Positions 40,856-50,864 are shown, counted from the stretch's first letter. The stretch: 64,000 bases of DNA from Candidatus Poribacteria bacterium (GCA_965232115.1 CBDDPD010000001.1:16626-80625), one strand, 5' to 3'. The notes: generated from the sequence alone by a model not told the origin. Program-made: numbers and translations.

Positions 40856-42472
40856 TTATTTTTCAAGTAGTGCGTAGGGGAGTTGGGCAAAAGCGATTCC
40901 CATTTTTGTAAGTTCACGCTGTCCAATGTAATTACCTGCTGCATAGACGACTGCTTTTCTGCCGTTCTTGAAGCTGGCATCTCGGATGCGTTGGGCATGC
41001 TCTTGGGAGAGTATTGCAGCGTCGCTGGATAAAAACTCCAAATTGGGTTGGTAGAGCAAATAGTAATCGTTTTCGCTATCACCATAAAATAATCCATCAT
41101 CATTTTTCGGATTCAGTGTTGTATCACCAACAGACGCGCCTACGGCAGTAAATAACAAGTGTGCAGCCAAATCCGAATACGAGGGCAGAGATTCCCCTGT
41201 AAGCATGCCTTCTATTTCGATAGGTTTGCCCAGAGTGCAGTAGGTGAATGAACCGCCGAGACCCTTCTTCAACGTTTTATCTTTAGCATTCTCAACTCCA
41301 TTTATGACGCGTCGGACGCGTTCAGCAGTGATGCTATCGGCGTAGTCTTCGCATTCTACCAAGATAAACTTCCGATTGCCTCCATCCTCTTTGTTCAGGG
41401 CGAGGACGGCGTGGGCAGTAGTGCCACTGCCTGCGAAGGAGTCCAAGACGATGTCATTGGGTTGCGTCCCTATTTGTAAAATACGTTTTAGCAAAGTGTG
41501 TGGTTTAGGATTCGGGAAGGCAACCCCAATTTTATTCAGCCCTTGCGTTGCACTCTGGGTATGTCCTACATCCTCGTGTAACCATAGAGTTAGTGGCGTA
41601 ATCCCTTGTTTTACCTCCGATAGAAACCGCTTTATGCGAGGAACATTATTGCCATCTTCACCAAACCATATCCGATTATCATTCACTAATATATCAAACC
41701 TCTCTTTACTATATCTCCAACATGTATTTCTAGGCGGGCTCACAACTCTACCGGATGGAGTAGTAATAGGATAGTCATAATCTTCCTGATATGTTTTAAC
41801 ATCCAATCCACTTGAACTCCAAGATCCGCGTGGGTCGTTGTCAGGATTAGAATATCGCTTGTTGTGTTTTTCAGTTCGCGGTAGGAGAATTGGTCTCCAT
41901 ATTTCTTTATCTTTTGCGTAGCACAACACAAAATCGTGATTATCGGAAAAATACTTCGCATCATTTTGCGGACTAAATTTTTTCTGCCAAATTATGTTAG
42001 TTACAAAATTTTCTGTTCCAAAAATTTCATTCATCAGCATTCGCAAATGATGTTGCTCGTTGTCATCAATAGATATAAAAATTACACCGTCCTCAGCAAG
42101 CAATTCTTTTAGCAGGTGCAACCTGGGCCACATCATGCAGAGCCACTTATCATGGCGTTCCATATCTTCGCCGTCAACAGGACTATGCTTTTTGAACCAC
42201 TCCTGCATGGGCGGATTGTTTATATTGTCATTATAGATCCACCGCTCATTTCCAGTGTTGTAGGGCGGATCAATATAGATGCACTTAACACGATTTGCGT
42301 AGTAGGGGAGTAACGCCTTGAGAGCGTGTAGATTATCGCCCTGAATAATGAGGTTATCTTCATTACCCGATGGACTGCAGGACCGGCCTGCATCCTGTCT
42401 AAGTTGTCGGTAGGGGACGGAGAGATGATGTGCATAGATATAGTGTTTTCCTTTGAATTCGAGTACTGGCAT
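40856..42472 (-). CDS. mod: Type III adenine methyltransferase, copy 2
   Basis: DPPY followed by DSFAGSGTT (beta class). Confidence 0.92.
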   Translation of the reverse strand: MPVLEFKGKHYIYAHHLSVPYRQLRQDAGRSCSPSGNEDNLIIQGDNLHALKALLPYYANRVKCIYIDPPYNTGNERWIYNDNINNPPMQEWFKKHSPVDGEDMERHDKWLCMMWPRLHLLKELLAEDGVIFISIDDNEQHHLRMLMNEIFGTENFVTNIIWQKKFSPQNDAKYFSDNHDFVLCYAKDKEIWRPILLPRTEKHNKRYSNPDNDPRGSWSSSGLDVKTYQEDYDYPITTPSGRVVSPPRNTCWRYSKERFDILVNDNRIWFGEDGNNVPRIKRFLSEVKQGITPLTLWLHEDVGHTQSATQGLNKIGVAFPNPKPHTLLKRILQIGTQPNDIVLDSFAGSGTTAHAVLALNKEDGGNRKFILVECEDYADSITAERVRRVINGVENAKDKTLKKGLGGSFTYCTLGKPIEIEGMLTGESLPSYSDLAAHLLFTAVGASVGDTTLNPKNDDGLFYGDSENDYYLLYQPNLEFLSSDAAILSQEHAQRIRDASFKNGRKAVVYAAGNYIGQRELTKMGIAFAQLPYALLEK

Positions 42473-42520
42473 GTTGAAAATTCTCCTTGGATCTTCGTAA
42501 TCCAGCTAAGCGTCACCTCT

Positions 42521-44143
42521 TTACCTTTCGTGTAGTGCGTAGGGGAGTTGGGCAAAAGCGATTCCCATTTTTGTAAGTTCACGCTGTCCAATGTAATTAC
42601 CTGCTGCATAGACGACTGCTTTTCTGCCGTTCTTGAAGCTGGCATCTCGGATGCGTTGGGCATGCTCTTGGGAGAGTATTGCAGCGTCGCTGGATAAAAA
42701 CTCCAGATTGGGTTGGTAGAGCAGGTAGTAATCGTTTTTGTCATCGCTATAAAATAGTCCATCATCGTTTTTGTCATCCAGGGTCGTATCCCCAACAGAC
42801 CTACCAATAGCAGCAAATAACAAGTGTGCAGCGAGTGCTGAATATGATGGCAAAGATTCTCCTGTGAGCATCCCTTCTACTTCAGTAGGTTCTCCGAGTG
42901 TACAATAGGTGAATGAACCACCGAGACCTTCCTTTAACGTCTTATCTTTAGCATTCTCAACTCCATTTATGACGCGTCGGATGCGTTCGGCTGTGATGTC
43001 GTTGGCATAATTTTCACATTCTACCAAGATGAACTTCCGATTGCCTTCGTTCTCTTTGTTGAGCCCAAGAACAGCATGCGCTGTCGTCCCGCTGCCCGCA
43101 AATGAGTCCAAGATGATGTCATCGGGACCGGTAGTTAGTAATATTATATGTTGAATAAGCCCAACGGATTTCGGGGAGTTGAAAACGTTGCCTCCCATGA
43201 TGCTGTTTACTGCCTGGGTAGCGGATTGCGTGGAGCCAACCTCATCCGTTGTTAAAATAGAATTTGATACCATGCCCGACTTCACCTCAGAAAGGTACTT
43301 TTTAAGACGCGGGACGTTTTGGCCTTTCTTCCCGAAAAATAAATATCCTTCTTTGTAAAGGGACAACAGGCGGTCTTTTGTGAATTTAGGAAATGTTCCA
43401 CTCGGTGGGATCCAAGTCACACCGTTAGGAAACGTCACAGTATACACATCTTCAGGTCTACCACTTTTGGCTTGAAGTGCTACGCTCTGCCATGGACCAC
43501 GAGGATCGTTGTCAGGGTTCTTGTATCGCTGATTCGCCTTTTCGCTCCTCGGAAGCAGATTAAACTTTTGAAAGTCATCACTTTTACGGTAACAAACGAT
43601 GTATTCGTGATTAACTGATGCAAACTTTGCATCATTTTGGACAACATTTTTCTTATTCCATACGAACTGTGTTACGAAATTCTCCGCACCAAAAATTTCA
43701 TCCATAAGCATCCGCAGATGATGCAGTTCATTATCATCAATAGAGATGAAGATTACGCCATCATTGCTAAGAAATTCTTTTAGCAGGTGCAACCTGGGCC
43801 ACATCATGCAGAGCCACTTATCATGGCGTTCCATATCTTCGATGTCGATAGGACTATGCTTTTTGAACCACTCCTGCATGGGTGGATTATTTACATTGTC
43901 ATTATAGATCCACCCTTCATTACCGGTGTTATAGGGTGGGTCAATATAGATACATTTGACACGGTTCGCGTAGTAGGGGAGCAAAGCTTTGAGGGCGTGC
44001 AAGTTATCGCCGTGAATGATGAGATTATCTTCCCCATTGGATGGGTTGCAGGATCGGCTTTGGTCGGATTCAAGGGGGCGATACGGGACAGAGAGATGGT
44101 GGGCGTAGATATGGTGTTTTCCTTTGAATTCAAGTGTAGGCAT
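42521..44143 (-). CDS. mod: Type III adenine methyltransferase, copy 1
   Basis: DPPY and DSFAGSGTT; central region differs from copy 2. Confidence 0.92.
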   Translation of the reverse strand: MPTLEFKGKHHIYAHHLSVPYRPLESDQSRSCNPSNGEDNLIIHGDNLHALKALLPYYANRVKCIYIDPPYNTGNEGWIYNDNVNNPPMQEWFKKHSPIDIEDMERHDKWLCMMWPRLHLLKEFLSNDGVIFISIDDNELHHLRMLMDEIFGAENFVTQFVWNKKNVVQNDAKFASVNHEYIVCYRKSDDFQKFNLLPRSEKANQRYKNPDNDPRGPWQSVALQAKSGRPEDVYTVTFPNGVTWIPPSGTFPKFTKDRLLSLYKEGYLFFGKKGQNVPRLKKYLSEVKSGMVSNSILTTDEVGSTQSATQAVNSIMGGNVFNSPKSVGLIQHIILLTTGPDDIILDSFAGSGTTAHAVLGLNKENEGNRKFILVECENYANDITAERIRRVINGVENAKDKTLKEGLGGSFTYCTLGEPTEVEGMLTGESLPSYSALAAHLLFAAIGRSVGDTTLDDKNDDGLFYSDDKNDYYLLYQPNLEFLSSDAAILSQEHAQRIRDASFKNGRKAVVYAAGNYIGQRELTKMGIAFAQLPYALHER

Positions 44144-44280
44144 GTTGAAAATCCTCTCCTTTGTTTTTAAGGCAACTGAAGCAATATCAGCCCTTCTTCT
44201 TGCTCTGAATTTCGCCTTGTGGACGTGCTTAGGTATCGCGCCCGGTTAAAGTTACGCATTTCCCCTTAGAGCTTTCTATC

Positions 44281-44377
44281 TCAAGCGAGGCGGATCGCAT
44301 TCTCTACCAACTACGTTGAGAACAGTATAGCGGTTTATGGGCTTCTTATCAAGGAAAGAATGTGGAAAGTTTCAATC
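44281..44377 (-). promoter_or_regulatory. Duplicate of the copy A promoter and 5' half of its leader
   Basis: Matches ~6710-6806; TTGATA...TATACT; identity ends just past the P3 loop. Confidence 0.75.
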
Positions 44378-44501
44378 TAAAGAGGCTCAGTCCTACCAAC
44401 CATCTTCACCGTTATCCCTTCTCACCAAAGGGTTTTGATAGGATACCGGCTGCTGCACGGTCAGTTGTTTGGCTTCATTATCTCGTACCCTTTGAGTGTG
44501 T

Positions 44502-45167
44502 TCATTTTTTTAAATCTTCGCGCTCAACACCGAGTGTGTCTTTGAGTTCCCCAAGATTTTCAACGAGCATTGCCCCTTCAATGTTCGCTTCGACATGCCG
44601 CGTGATAATCACCGCACGTCCTTGCCTTAATGCATGGTTTGCGGTTGCAGACGAGCCCGATCGCTCTTTCGCCGCAATAATGATCGTCTTTTCGGAGAGC
44701 CCCGTGATAATCGCATCGCGACGCAGATAGTGACGACCAAATATTTCTGCGAGGTCGTCAGGATATTCCGAAAGGACAGTTCCATCCGCCGCAAAAATTT
44801 TCTCAGCGAGTTTTTTGGTATGTCCTCGGAGTGATTTCAGGCCACGCGGAACGACCCCAATCACGTTGCCACCTGCTGAAAGCGCACCCTCCGTCGCAGA
44901 AGTGTCGCACCCCTCGGCAAGCCCATCGACGATCGTATACCCGTGTTGGGCGAGCATCCTGCCGATTCTGTACGCGGCATCAAGTGCCTGTTGTGTTGTT
45001 TTTCGGCTTCCAGAGATCGCGATAATTTTCCTATGGGGTGGTAGGCTTCCACGGATGCGGATCGCTTTGGGTGGGTTTCTTATTGACTTTAGCAGTTCGG
45101 GATAGTTTCTATCGCTAATTTCAATTTCTCGCACTTCGGATTCGTCAAAATGTTCCACTTCAGACAT
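44502..45167 (-). CDS. DprA/Smf-like (SLOG/Rossmann) protein
   Basis: YPELLKSI.NPP, ISGSRK, GLAEGCD, LSEYP, RRDAIITGLS, SGSSATA. Confidence 0.85.
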   Translation of the reverse strand: MSEVEHFDESEVREIEISDRNYPELLKSIRNPPKAIRIRGSLPPHRKIIAISGSRKTTQQALDAAYRIGRMLAQHGYTIVDGLAEGCDTSATEGALSAGGNVIGVVPRGLKSLRGHTKKLAEKIFAADGTVLSEYPDDLAEIFGRHYLRRDAIITGLSEKTIIIAAKERSGSSATANHALRQGRAVIITRHVEANIEGAMLVENLGELKDTLGVEREDLKK

Positions 45168-45170
45168 ACT

Positions 45171-47141
45171 TTATCCATTTCTGTACCATTCCAAAGGTTT
45201 CCATATTTGCCGGATTTCCTCAATGAGTTTTTCGCTACGTGCGTCAATTTCATTGATGTCCCACTGTTCATGTTCTCGGATTTCCCTATTGAGTATTAGA
45301 TTGGAATCCTTTAGAGCCTCCTTCTTCTCGTCAAATGGTCGGTTCCCCAGTCTTGAGTTTAGGGCTTTGTTAACAAGTGTAAGATTTCCAATGCTTTCAA
45401 GGAGTGCATTTCTGGCGATTATTAAATTATAAGCACTGGTATAAGTCTCTTCGACTAATCCCTTATGTGAAGTATCGGTACTTGGATTTGAAAACAATTC
45501 GTGGTAAAGTTTGCGTTCACTTTGCACATTTGTATTTACAATGACCTTGTGTGCGTCCGGATCGAGCGAGACAGCTTTGGGGTTAATCGGTAAATCCCAT
45601 TTTTCCTGCCAAGTTTGTGGCATGACATGTTCTAAATCCAACTTTTCTTCAAAGACTATTTTTTCGCTATATTTGTTATCTCTCTGTTTTTCCATTTCTA
45701 TCCGATATAAAATATAGCGAATAAGTCTTCGTTTTATCGCACCCGCTGTTTGCTCCCAAAGCCCAGACAAAGCCGCTTTTATATACTGATTGTGTGGGAA
45801 AATGATAGTCTCTCTGTCGGGGAAGTTGAGAGGGTTAGGTTCAAAGCGTGTGTATAAAGCATCTCTGATCTGATGGTCTGTTGGGTAATTCGTCGTATCA
45901 GAAGTCTCGTCATCGAGGTATTGTATAAACCCGTCTAAACTAAACCCGCCTTGAAAATGTTTTATAACTCTGGCAAAGAATTTGTTATAATTTTTGAGGC
46001 CGCCTTTACCACTGCAGCATAACATACGCCGGAGCGTGTAAGATTCTAAAATATCAAAGACGCGTTCAAGTTCAGTGTTTCCTAGTTTGGCATCACAAAT
46101 GACAAACAACAAGAAAGGATGCAAGGTGGTCAAGTCAAATATTTTGTAGAATTCCATGCGGGTGGCGATGAAGGTATTTTCATCGCAGTTCGTCATTTCG
46201 CTATAAACATCGGAATACTCTTTTAATAGAATAAACTCATCTTCTACTGTTTTATCCTCCTGTTTAAGTTTATCCATATAATCGCGTTCATAGGTCGTAA
46301 ATTCAGGTTTTACATCTTCTGTTCCGAGATTTGCTATCAAGAAATGATGAAAGAACTGCTCATAGGAAGTGCCTATTTTTGTAATGCCCGGATCCCAATA
46401 ATTATCCTCAAAATGCTCCCAATATTTTTCATATAAATCATCTCTACTTGTGCGAGCTCGTAGGAATAGATTATTGCGGAGTTTATCAAATTCTAACAGC
46501 TCTTTGCCTCTGGCATTCAGCGATTCAAATATCTTTTCCGGTTTATCTGCTTCACTAATGCGGATTTGAACAAAGCCAAAGTTGTTTATAATAACCTCGT
46601 ACAAATTTTTGATTTTTTTCGGGTCTATATCAACGTGGTCCTCTACCTTATCACGAAAATAACTATACGCAGCATAAACCTGCCCGGTGCTATTGCTTCT
46701 GTTTCCATCAATGAGCGCAATAAAAGATGTTTTATTCCGTTTTGTCGGTATGATTTTATAACGCTCCTCTGGCTTGAGTTCAGCCTCCCCATTATTTCTT
46801 ATGTATTTACAAACCTCATTGGCAATCTCCGTATGTCCGTTTTGCATACATATATCTCTGATTGCGCAAAGCATGATTTGGAAAGTTGTCAGTCGCTGTT
46901 GTCCATCAATAATATCAAATATCTGAACACCGGGTGATGCTGGTTGTTGTTGGATAACAATAGTCCCCGTGAAATGACTTGTACTGCCTACCTTCATCTG
47001 CTGTGAAATATCAAGCCATAAAGGTTCCCACTGCTTTGTACGATCCCATACATAATGCCGTTGGAATAAAGGTATCCTAAATTGTACGGAAGGTTTAAAC
47101 ATATCGGATAAGGTTACTTGATCTACATTCATTCTATACAC
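45171..47141 (-). CDS. GmrSD-like DUF262 + DUF1524 (HNH) type IV restriction protein
   Basis: IPLFQRHYVW, DGQQRLTT, FESLNARG; EHVMPQ, IGNLTL...N. Confidence 0.88.
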   Translation of the reverse strand: MYRMNVDQVTLSDMFKPSVQFRIPLFQRHYVWDRTKQWEPLWLDISQQMKVGSTSHFTGTIVIQQQPASPGVQIFDIIDGQQRLTTFQIMLCAIRDICMQNGHTEIANEVCKYIRNNGEAELKPEERYKIIPTKRNKTSFIALIDGNRSNSTGQVYAAYSYFRDKVEDHVDIDPKKIKNLYEVIINNFGFVQIRISEADKPEKIFESLNARGKELLEFDKLRNNLFLRARTSRDDLYEKYWEHFEDNYWDPGITKIGTSYEQFFHHFLIANLGTEDVKPEFTTYERDYMDKLKQEDKTVEDEFILLKEYSDVYSEMTNCDENTFIATRMEFYKIFDLTTLHPFLLFVICDAKLGNTELERVFDILESYTLRRMLCCSGKGGLKNYNKFFARVIKHFQGGFSLDGFIQYLDDETSDTTNYPTDHQIRDALYTRFEPNPLNFPDRETIIFPHNQYIKAALSGLWEQTAGAIKRRLIRYILYRIEMEKQRDNKYSEKIVFEEKLDLEHVMPQTWQEKWDLPINPKAVSLDPDAHKVIVNTNVQSERKLYHELFSNPSTDTSHKGLVEETYTSAYNLIIARNALLESIGNLTLVNKALNSRLGNRPFDEKKEALKDSNLILNREIREHEQWDINEIDARSEKLIEEIRQIWKPLEWYRNG

Positions 47142-47178
47142 CTCTTTTACTTTTCTAAATTCCTAACACTATATTGGA

Positions 47179-47271
47179 TTTCCCAGTCCCAGTCCTTTAT
47201 CCAACTACCACGGTGGAAGGGTGGCAGAATCAGAGTGGGGTCCGATTCGTGGTAGTGCCACCCAAAACTGG
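47179..47271 (-). ncRNA. Structured leader RNA, copy C
   Basis: P1 CCAGTTTT/AGGACTGG; P2 GGGTGGCA/TGCCACCC; P3 GAATCGG/CTGATTC; P4 TCCA/TGGA; kissing CTACCAC/GTGGTAG; second P1' GACTGG; promoter TTGTAA-18-TATACT (47308-47279). Confidence 0.7.
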
Positions 47272-47348
47272 TTTGAACAGTATAATACAAAAAACGAAAA
47301 AATTACAAATTTCCTTCCTGAGGTCCTTTGTCTCTCCTCATTTCCTTG

Positions 47349-47906
47349 TCATGCAGTCAACTGCGCCCACGGATAGAGGTGCGTCCAATCTTTGCTGAAA
47401 ATCACCCGAACTGGTCGATACGCTTCCGCACACAACCGCAAGAAAACGGTATATACCAACGCCCGATGATTCCCATCTTCAAGGTAAAACCTGATTTTCG
47501 GGGAATGTGCGGGTTTCTCATAAGCAGCTAGGGGTCTCACCAACAATTCCCCCATCAAGCGCGGATCAAACCTCGCACTAATAAGAAAGCATCCCTCAAA
47601 CCACGGCTCATCCTCAGAGAGATGCTTAAAAACTTTGATGGGACTCTCGTACGGATATGCCTTCAGAATTCTGTCTACGACTTCTTTCAGCGTGCGCGAC
47701 TTGCCTTTCGGTGTTAGCGTGTCTACCAACTTCTGATTATCCGCCCACACATTGTTATTCGCTTCCATGAAAACGAGGTCATAGAAGTCTACCTCATCTA
47801 GCGTGAACGTTTCGTACACGGCACTCTCTATCCGATGTCGGATGGCTTCGTATTCAGATGGAGATGCTGATAACTGATGTGCATCCGCTAATAGGAGTTC
47901 TTTCAC
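47349..47906 (-). CDS. Hypothetical protein with ParB/Srx-like motif
   Basis: YLEDGNHRAL. Confidence 0.5.
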   Translation of the reverse strand: MKELLLADAHQLSASPSEYEAIRHRIESAVYETFTLDEVDFYDLVFMEANNNVWADNQKLVDTLTPKGKSRTLKEVVDRILKAYPYESPIKVFKHLSEDEPWFEGCFLISARFDPRLMGELLVRPLAAYEKPAHSPKIRFYLEDGNHRALVYTVFLRLCAEAYRPVRVIFSKDWTHLYPWAQLTA

Positions 47907-47908
47907 GT

Positions 47909-48898
47909 TTACCCCTGAAGTAAAGTTTCTTCATAGTACTGAGTAACCCTCAAGACAGGAAGAAAAACTTTGTTCAATGTCTCCAGATTTGTACAAAGCC
48001 ACTCAAATTGATTTAGCCAGTCATTAGGGTTCCTCATATCCGCCTCTTTTTTACAGCCTATGATAAACATCCTTCGACGATCATCCAAAAATAATAACTC
48101 ATCCTCAAAACATCTTTGAAAATACTCCTGTCCGGATTTTAACACCTCAAAAATTTTTTGCGTCTTGTCAACCTGCTTGTTCAAATTAAGGTTAGCACTA
48201 ATTGCAGGATCATTGAGGAAAGATATATTAAAATCAATATGAAACGGGTCAAAACTTTCCATACGAAAGTAGGAACTTCTTGGATTATTCTCTCGTCTTC
48301 CTAAAGGTATAGGTGATATACCTTTGGAAGTATAATATGCGTGGAATTTAGTCCAGTATTGCTGGTATAACTCACTGTCATCGTTCACAGACACTTCTTC
48401 AGGAAGGGTCTCTAAGGGTTGTTGCACGGCAGATTGCTGGTCAGATGGTACACGGGGCCGGTGTACTTTTTTATGACATTTCTCACATAACATTACCAAG
48501 TCAGAAAGAGGTTCCCTCCCGATATTGCCATAGGTTTTATGATGCATCTCAGTCGCCTGAGCCCCACAGACACATAGACTTTTATCACGTTCTCTTACCA
48601 AATCTCGTTTCCTATGCCATGCGGGTGATTTTTTATATTTCTCATAAGTCCCTAAGTCATCGTTTGGGTCCAATGACTTGAGTAAGCAGTGCCAGACCTC
48701 CTCGCGAAAGATAGAAGCCTCCGAAAAATCGGGGTAAAGATCAATTGCTTTGTTGAGGAGTTCTATCGCTATCTCACAGTCATCTGCTGCGGGATCCTGA
48801 AATAAATTGACAGCTGCAGCATAGTAGGTTCTGGCTCTCATTCTGTTATTCATAGTGGACTTCTTTTCAACTTGATACACAGATATTTCTTCTGACAT
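47909..48898 (-). CDS. TPR + HNH + DUF4268-like protein
   Basis: AIELLNKAIDLYPD; W..KR..V..RD..LCVCG...HHKTY...LCEKCH..VH; C-terminal QYWTKF...QFEWL...L.KVF. Confidence 0.7.
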   Translation of the reverse strand: MSEEISVYQVEKKSTMNNRMRARTYYAAAVNLFQDPAADDCEIAIELLNKAIDLYPDFSEASIFREEVWHCLLKSLDPNDDLGTYEKYKKSPAWHRKRDLVRERDKSLCVCGAQATEMHHKTYGNIGREPLSDLVMLCEKCHKKVHRPRVPSDQQSAVQQPLETLPEEVSVNDDSELYQQYWTKFHAYYTSKGISPIPLGRRENNPRSSYFRMESFDPFHIDFNISFLNDPAISANLNLNKQVDKTQKIFEVLKSGQEYFQRCFEDELLFLDDRRRMFIIGCKKEADMRNPNDWLNQFEWLCTNLETLNKVFLPVLRVTQYYEETLLQG

Positions 48899-48963
48899 AG
48901 CATTCTCCTCTTCAATCTCACAATCGAGTTCAAAGCACCACTATTGGAGGGGCAATAAGCATC

Positions 48964-49353
48964 TCATCCCGACAATTTTTCGGCAATCTTCGCGTCAATC
49001 TGCTTCCATTTCCACGGAATCACTTCACCGGCTCCGCGGACTTCACCCGCGGTTCGCTTCTGTGGACGAACCTGAAAAATTGGCTTCCCTAACTGATGTG
49101 TGACCGTTATCTCCTTTTCAACCCCCGGGGCATTGTGTGTATCCTCTCCGACCACAACGATAACGATGTCCGAAAGAGCAATCTGCTTGCGCGCTTTATT
49201 TAACCATTGTGCATCGGGATGATACTGCTCATTCAGGGAATAATCCATAATTTCATATTTTGAGTGGCACTTTGCCTGTGAGTAGAAGTTGTAGTGCAGT
49301 TCATTATCTTTACCGAACTCAAAACTCAAAAATACACGAACCTTTTCCTCCAT
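48964..49353 (-). CDS. TIR domain protein (MTH538/DUF1863, ThsB-like)
   Basis: RVFLSF, SDIVIVVVGEDT, VEKEI (putative catalytic Glu), GKPI. Confidence 0.85.
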   Translation of the reverse strand: MEEKVRVFLSFEFGKDNELHYNFYSQAKCHSKYEIMDYSLNEQYHPDAQWLNKARKQIALSDIVIVVVGEDTHNAPGVEKEITVTHQLGKPIFQVRPQKRTAGEVRGAGEVIPWKWKQIDAKIAEKLSG

Positions 49354-49454
49354 ATCAGCCCTCATCAAAGTTTGATGGACATCCTTATCCCCTTGTGCTG
49401 TGAAATAACAATCTACGCAACGCTTTCCGAACAATTCGCAAGCATAATGTTCAA

Positions 49455-49553
49455 CAAGGCTTCCCTTGGCAACTCAGCATTCAACCCGTATCACGGGGTT
49501 GGATAGGCCTCGACGCGGAGGCGCGCCGAGGTGATACTCCTATCCGCCAAGTT
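49455..49553 (-). ncRNA. Structured leader RNA, copy D
   Basis: P1 AACTTGGC/GCTGAGTT; P2 GGATAGG/CCTATCC; P3 CCTCGGCGCG/CGCGTCGAGG; P4 CAACCC/GGGTTG; kissing GTATCAC/GTGATAC; second P1' GCCAAG; promoter TTGTAA-18-TATACT (49590-49561). Confidence 0.72.
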
Positions 49554-49733
49554 AATGAAAAGTATAGCACAAAATACAAAAAAATTACAAACAAGCGAGT
49601 CCGAATCTACTCCCGAATCATGATAGTCTCCGCATCCTCATAGCCATCAACGTCGACCCTATAAAACCCTCCTCAAAACGGTAGCGGGCTCCAAAGTTTT
49701 TCTCTGCCTCAAAAATCGTTCATGCGTCTACTC

Positions 49734-50030
49734 CTACTTCCGCTTAAACACGATTTGGTTATCATCGCGTTCGATTAATTTGTATTTCCGGAACTTATTC
49801 AAGATTCCCACACCGCCTCCGGTTAACGCAATTGTAATAGCGGCAGTAGTGGCTGGCCAACCAAGAATGCCCACAGCTGGTGCGGCAGCGAGTGCTGCAC
49901 CAGGTAGTGTACCTGGCGAAAATAGAGGCATACTCCCTGAGGCAAATATTAACGCTACCGCCGCTGCAATTCCGCCAATCGCTACTATCCACGCAACCCT
50001 TCCTATAAGGTTGCATAAAATGGAATACGC
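49734..50030 (-). pseudogene. Probable 5'-truncated membrane protein gene
   Basis: Gly/Ala-rich TM frame without a clear start, beside MITE insertions. Confidence 0.3.
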
Positions 50031-50085
50031 ATAAATCTTACAAAGCCAAAAGCAGACCCATACAATGACCGCGGTGTCTTGGTTA

Positions 50086-50202
50086 TATAGTAAAGCCCAT
50101 AATTACTTGGACATTAATAGTGGGCGAGGTTAGAAACCTCGCCAGCGAAAGAGTGGGATTCGCGTTTTCTACAGTGTTCACTTATATTCGGGCTTTACTA
50201 TA
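50086..50202. mobile_element. 117-bp MITE related to family A
   Basis: Perfect TIR TATAGTAAAGCCC/GGGCTTTACTATA; internal hairpin GGCGAGGTTAGAAACCTCGCC. Confidence 0.75.
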
Positions 50203-50334
50203 AAGACTGCAGTTTTGAGCGGATTTCGTGCAAAAAATGAAAAGCAGTTGGTTATAAAGACACATTTTTGGGCAAAAAACGTGCAAAATGTAAAAAAAAA
50301 TGAACAATCTGAACATTTAGCAGATTGCTCACTT

Positions 50335-50431
50335 TTATAGTAGATTCCGTAATTACTTTTACACAGAACTCGGTGCGGTTGCAAACCGCACCTACCGACG
50401 GGTGTGCAGATATTTTCGGGTTTTACTATAA
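50335..50431 (+). mobile_element. MITE family A, copy 5
   Basis: Identical to copy 1 by eye. Confidence 0.8.
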
Positions 50432-50545
50432 TGTATCATTGAAAATCAGAATTCTGTGTATAGGTGAGATAGATTTTGGTCTTTTACCGCTCGACCTAAC
50501 CCACGTGTACAGTTCAACTCATATCAATTCCAGCACTACTATGCT

Positions 50546-50860
50546 TCATCTGATGATGGTAACCTCACTCTCATAGTCATACCTGACCTCCGACACCGCC
50601 TTCCGTTCATACTCCCAGACCTCCGATATAAATTCCCATGCCGGCGGAACCAACCACCCATGCCGCTGTTCGACAGCCACCGCGGGATTCTCAGACGGCA
50701 CCGGGAATTCCGGATCCTCATAGATGAACTCGATCTTCTTGAGGTGCCACTGCTCCTGCTCGGCATCCCATTCCTCATAGATCCGCTTGAGGACCGTCCG
50801 GAATAGATCGTCTTCGTCGCGATACAGCGACCGAATTTCACTGATGACCCTTTTGCTCAT
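50546..50860 (-). CDS. Hypothetical protein
   Basis: Acidic ORF following the membrane protein gene; start at MSKRV. Confidence 0.5.
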   Translation of the reverse strand: MSKRVISEIRSLYRDEDDLFRTVLKRIYEEWDAEQEQWHLKKIEFIYEDPEFPVPSENPAVAVEQRHGWLVPPAWEFISEVWEYERKAVSEVRYDYESEVTIIR

Positions 50861-50864
50861 ACGT

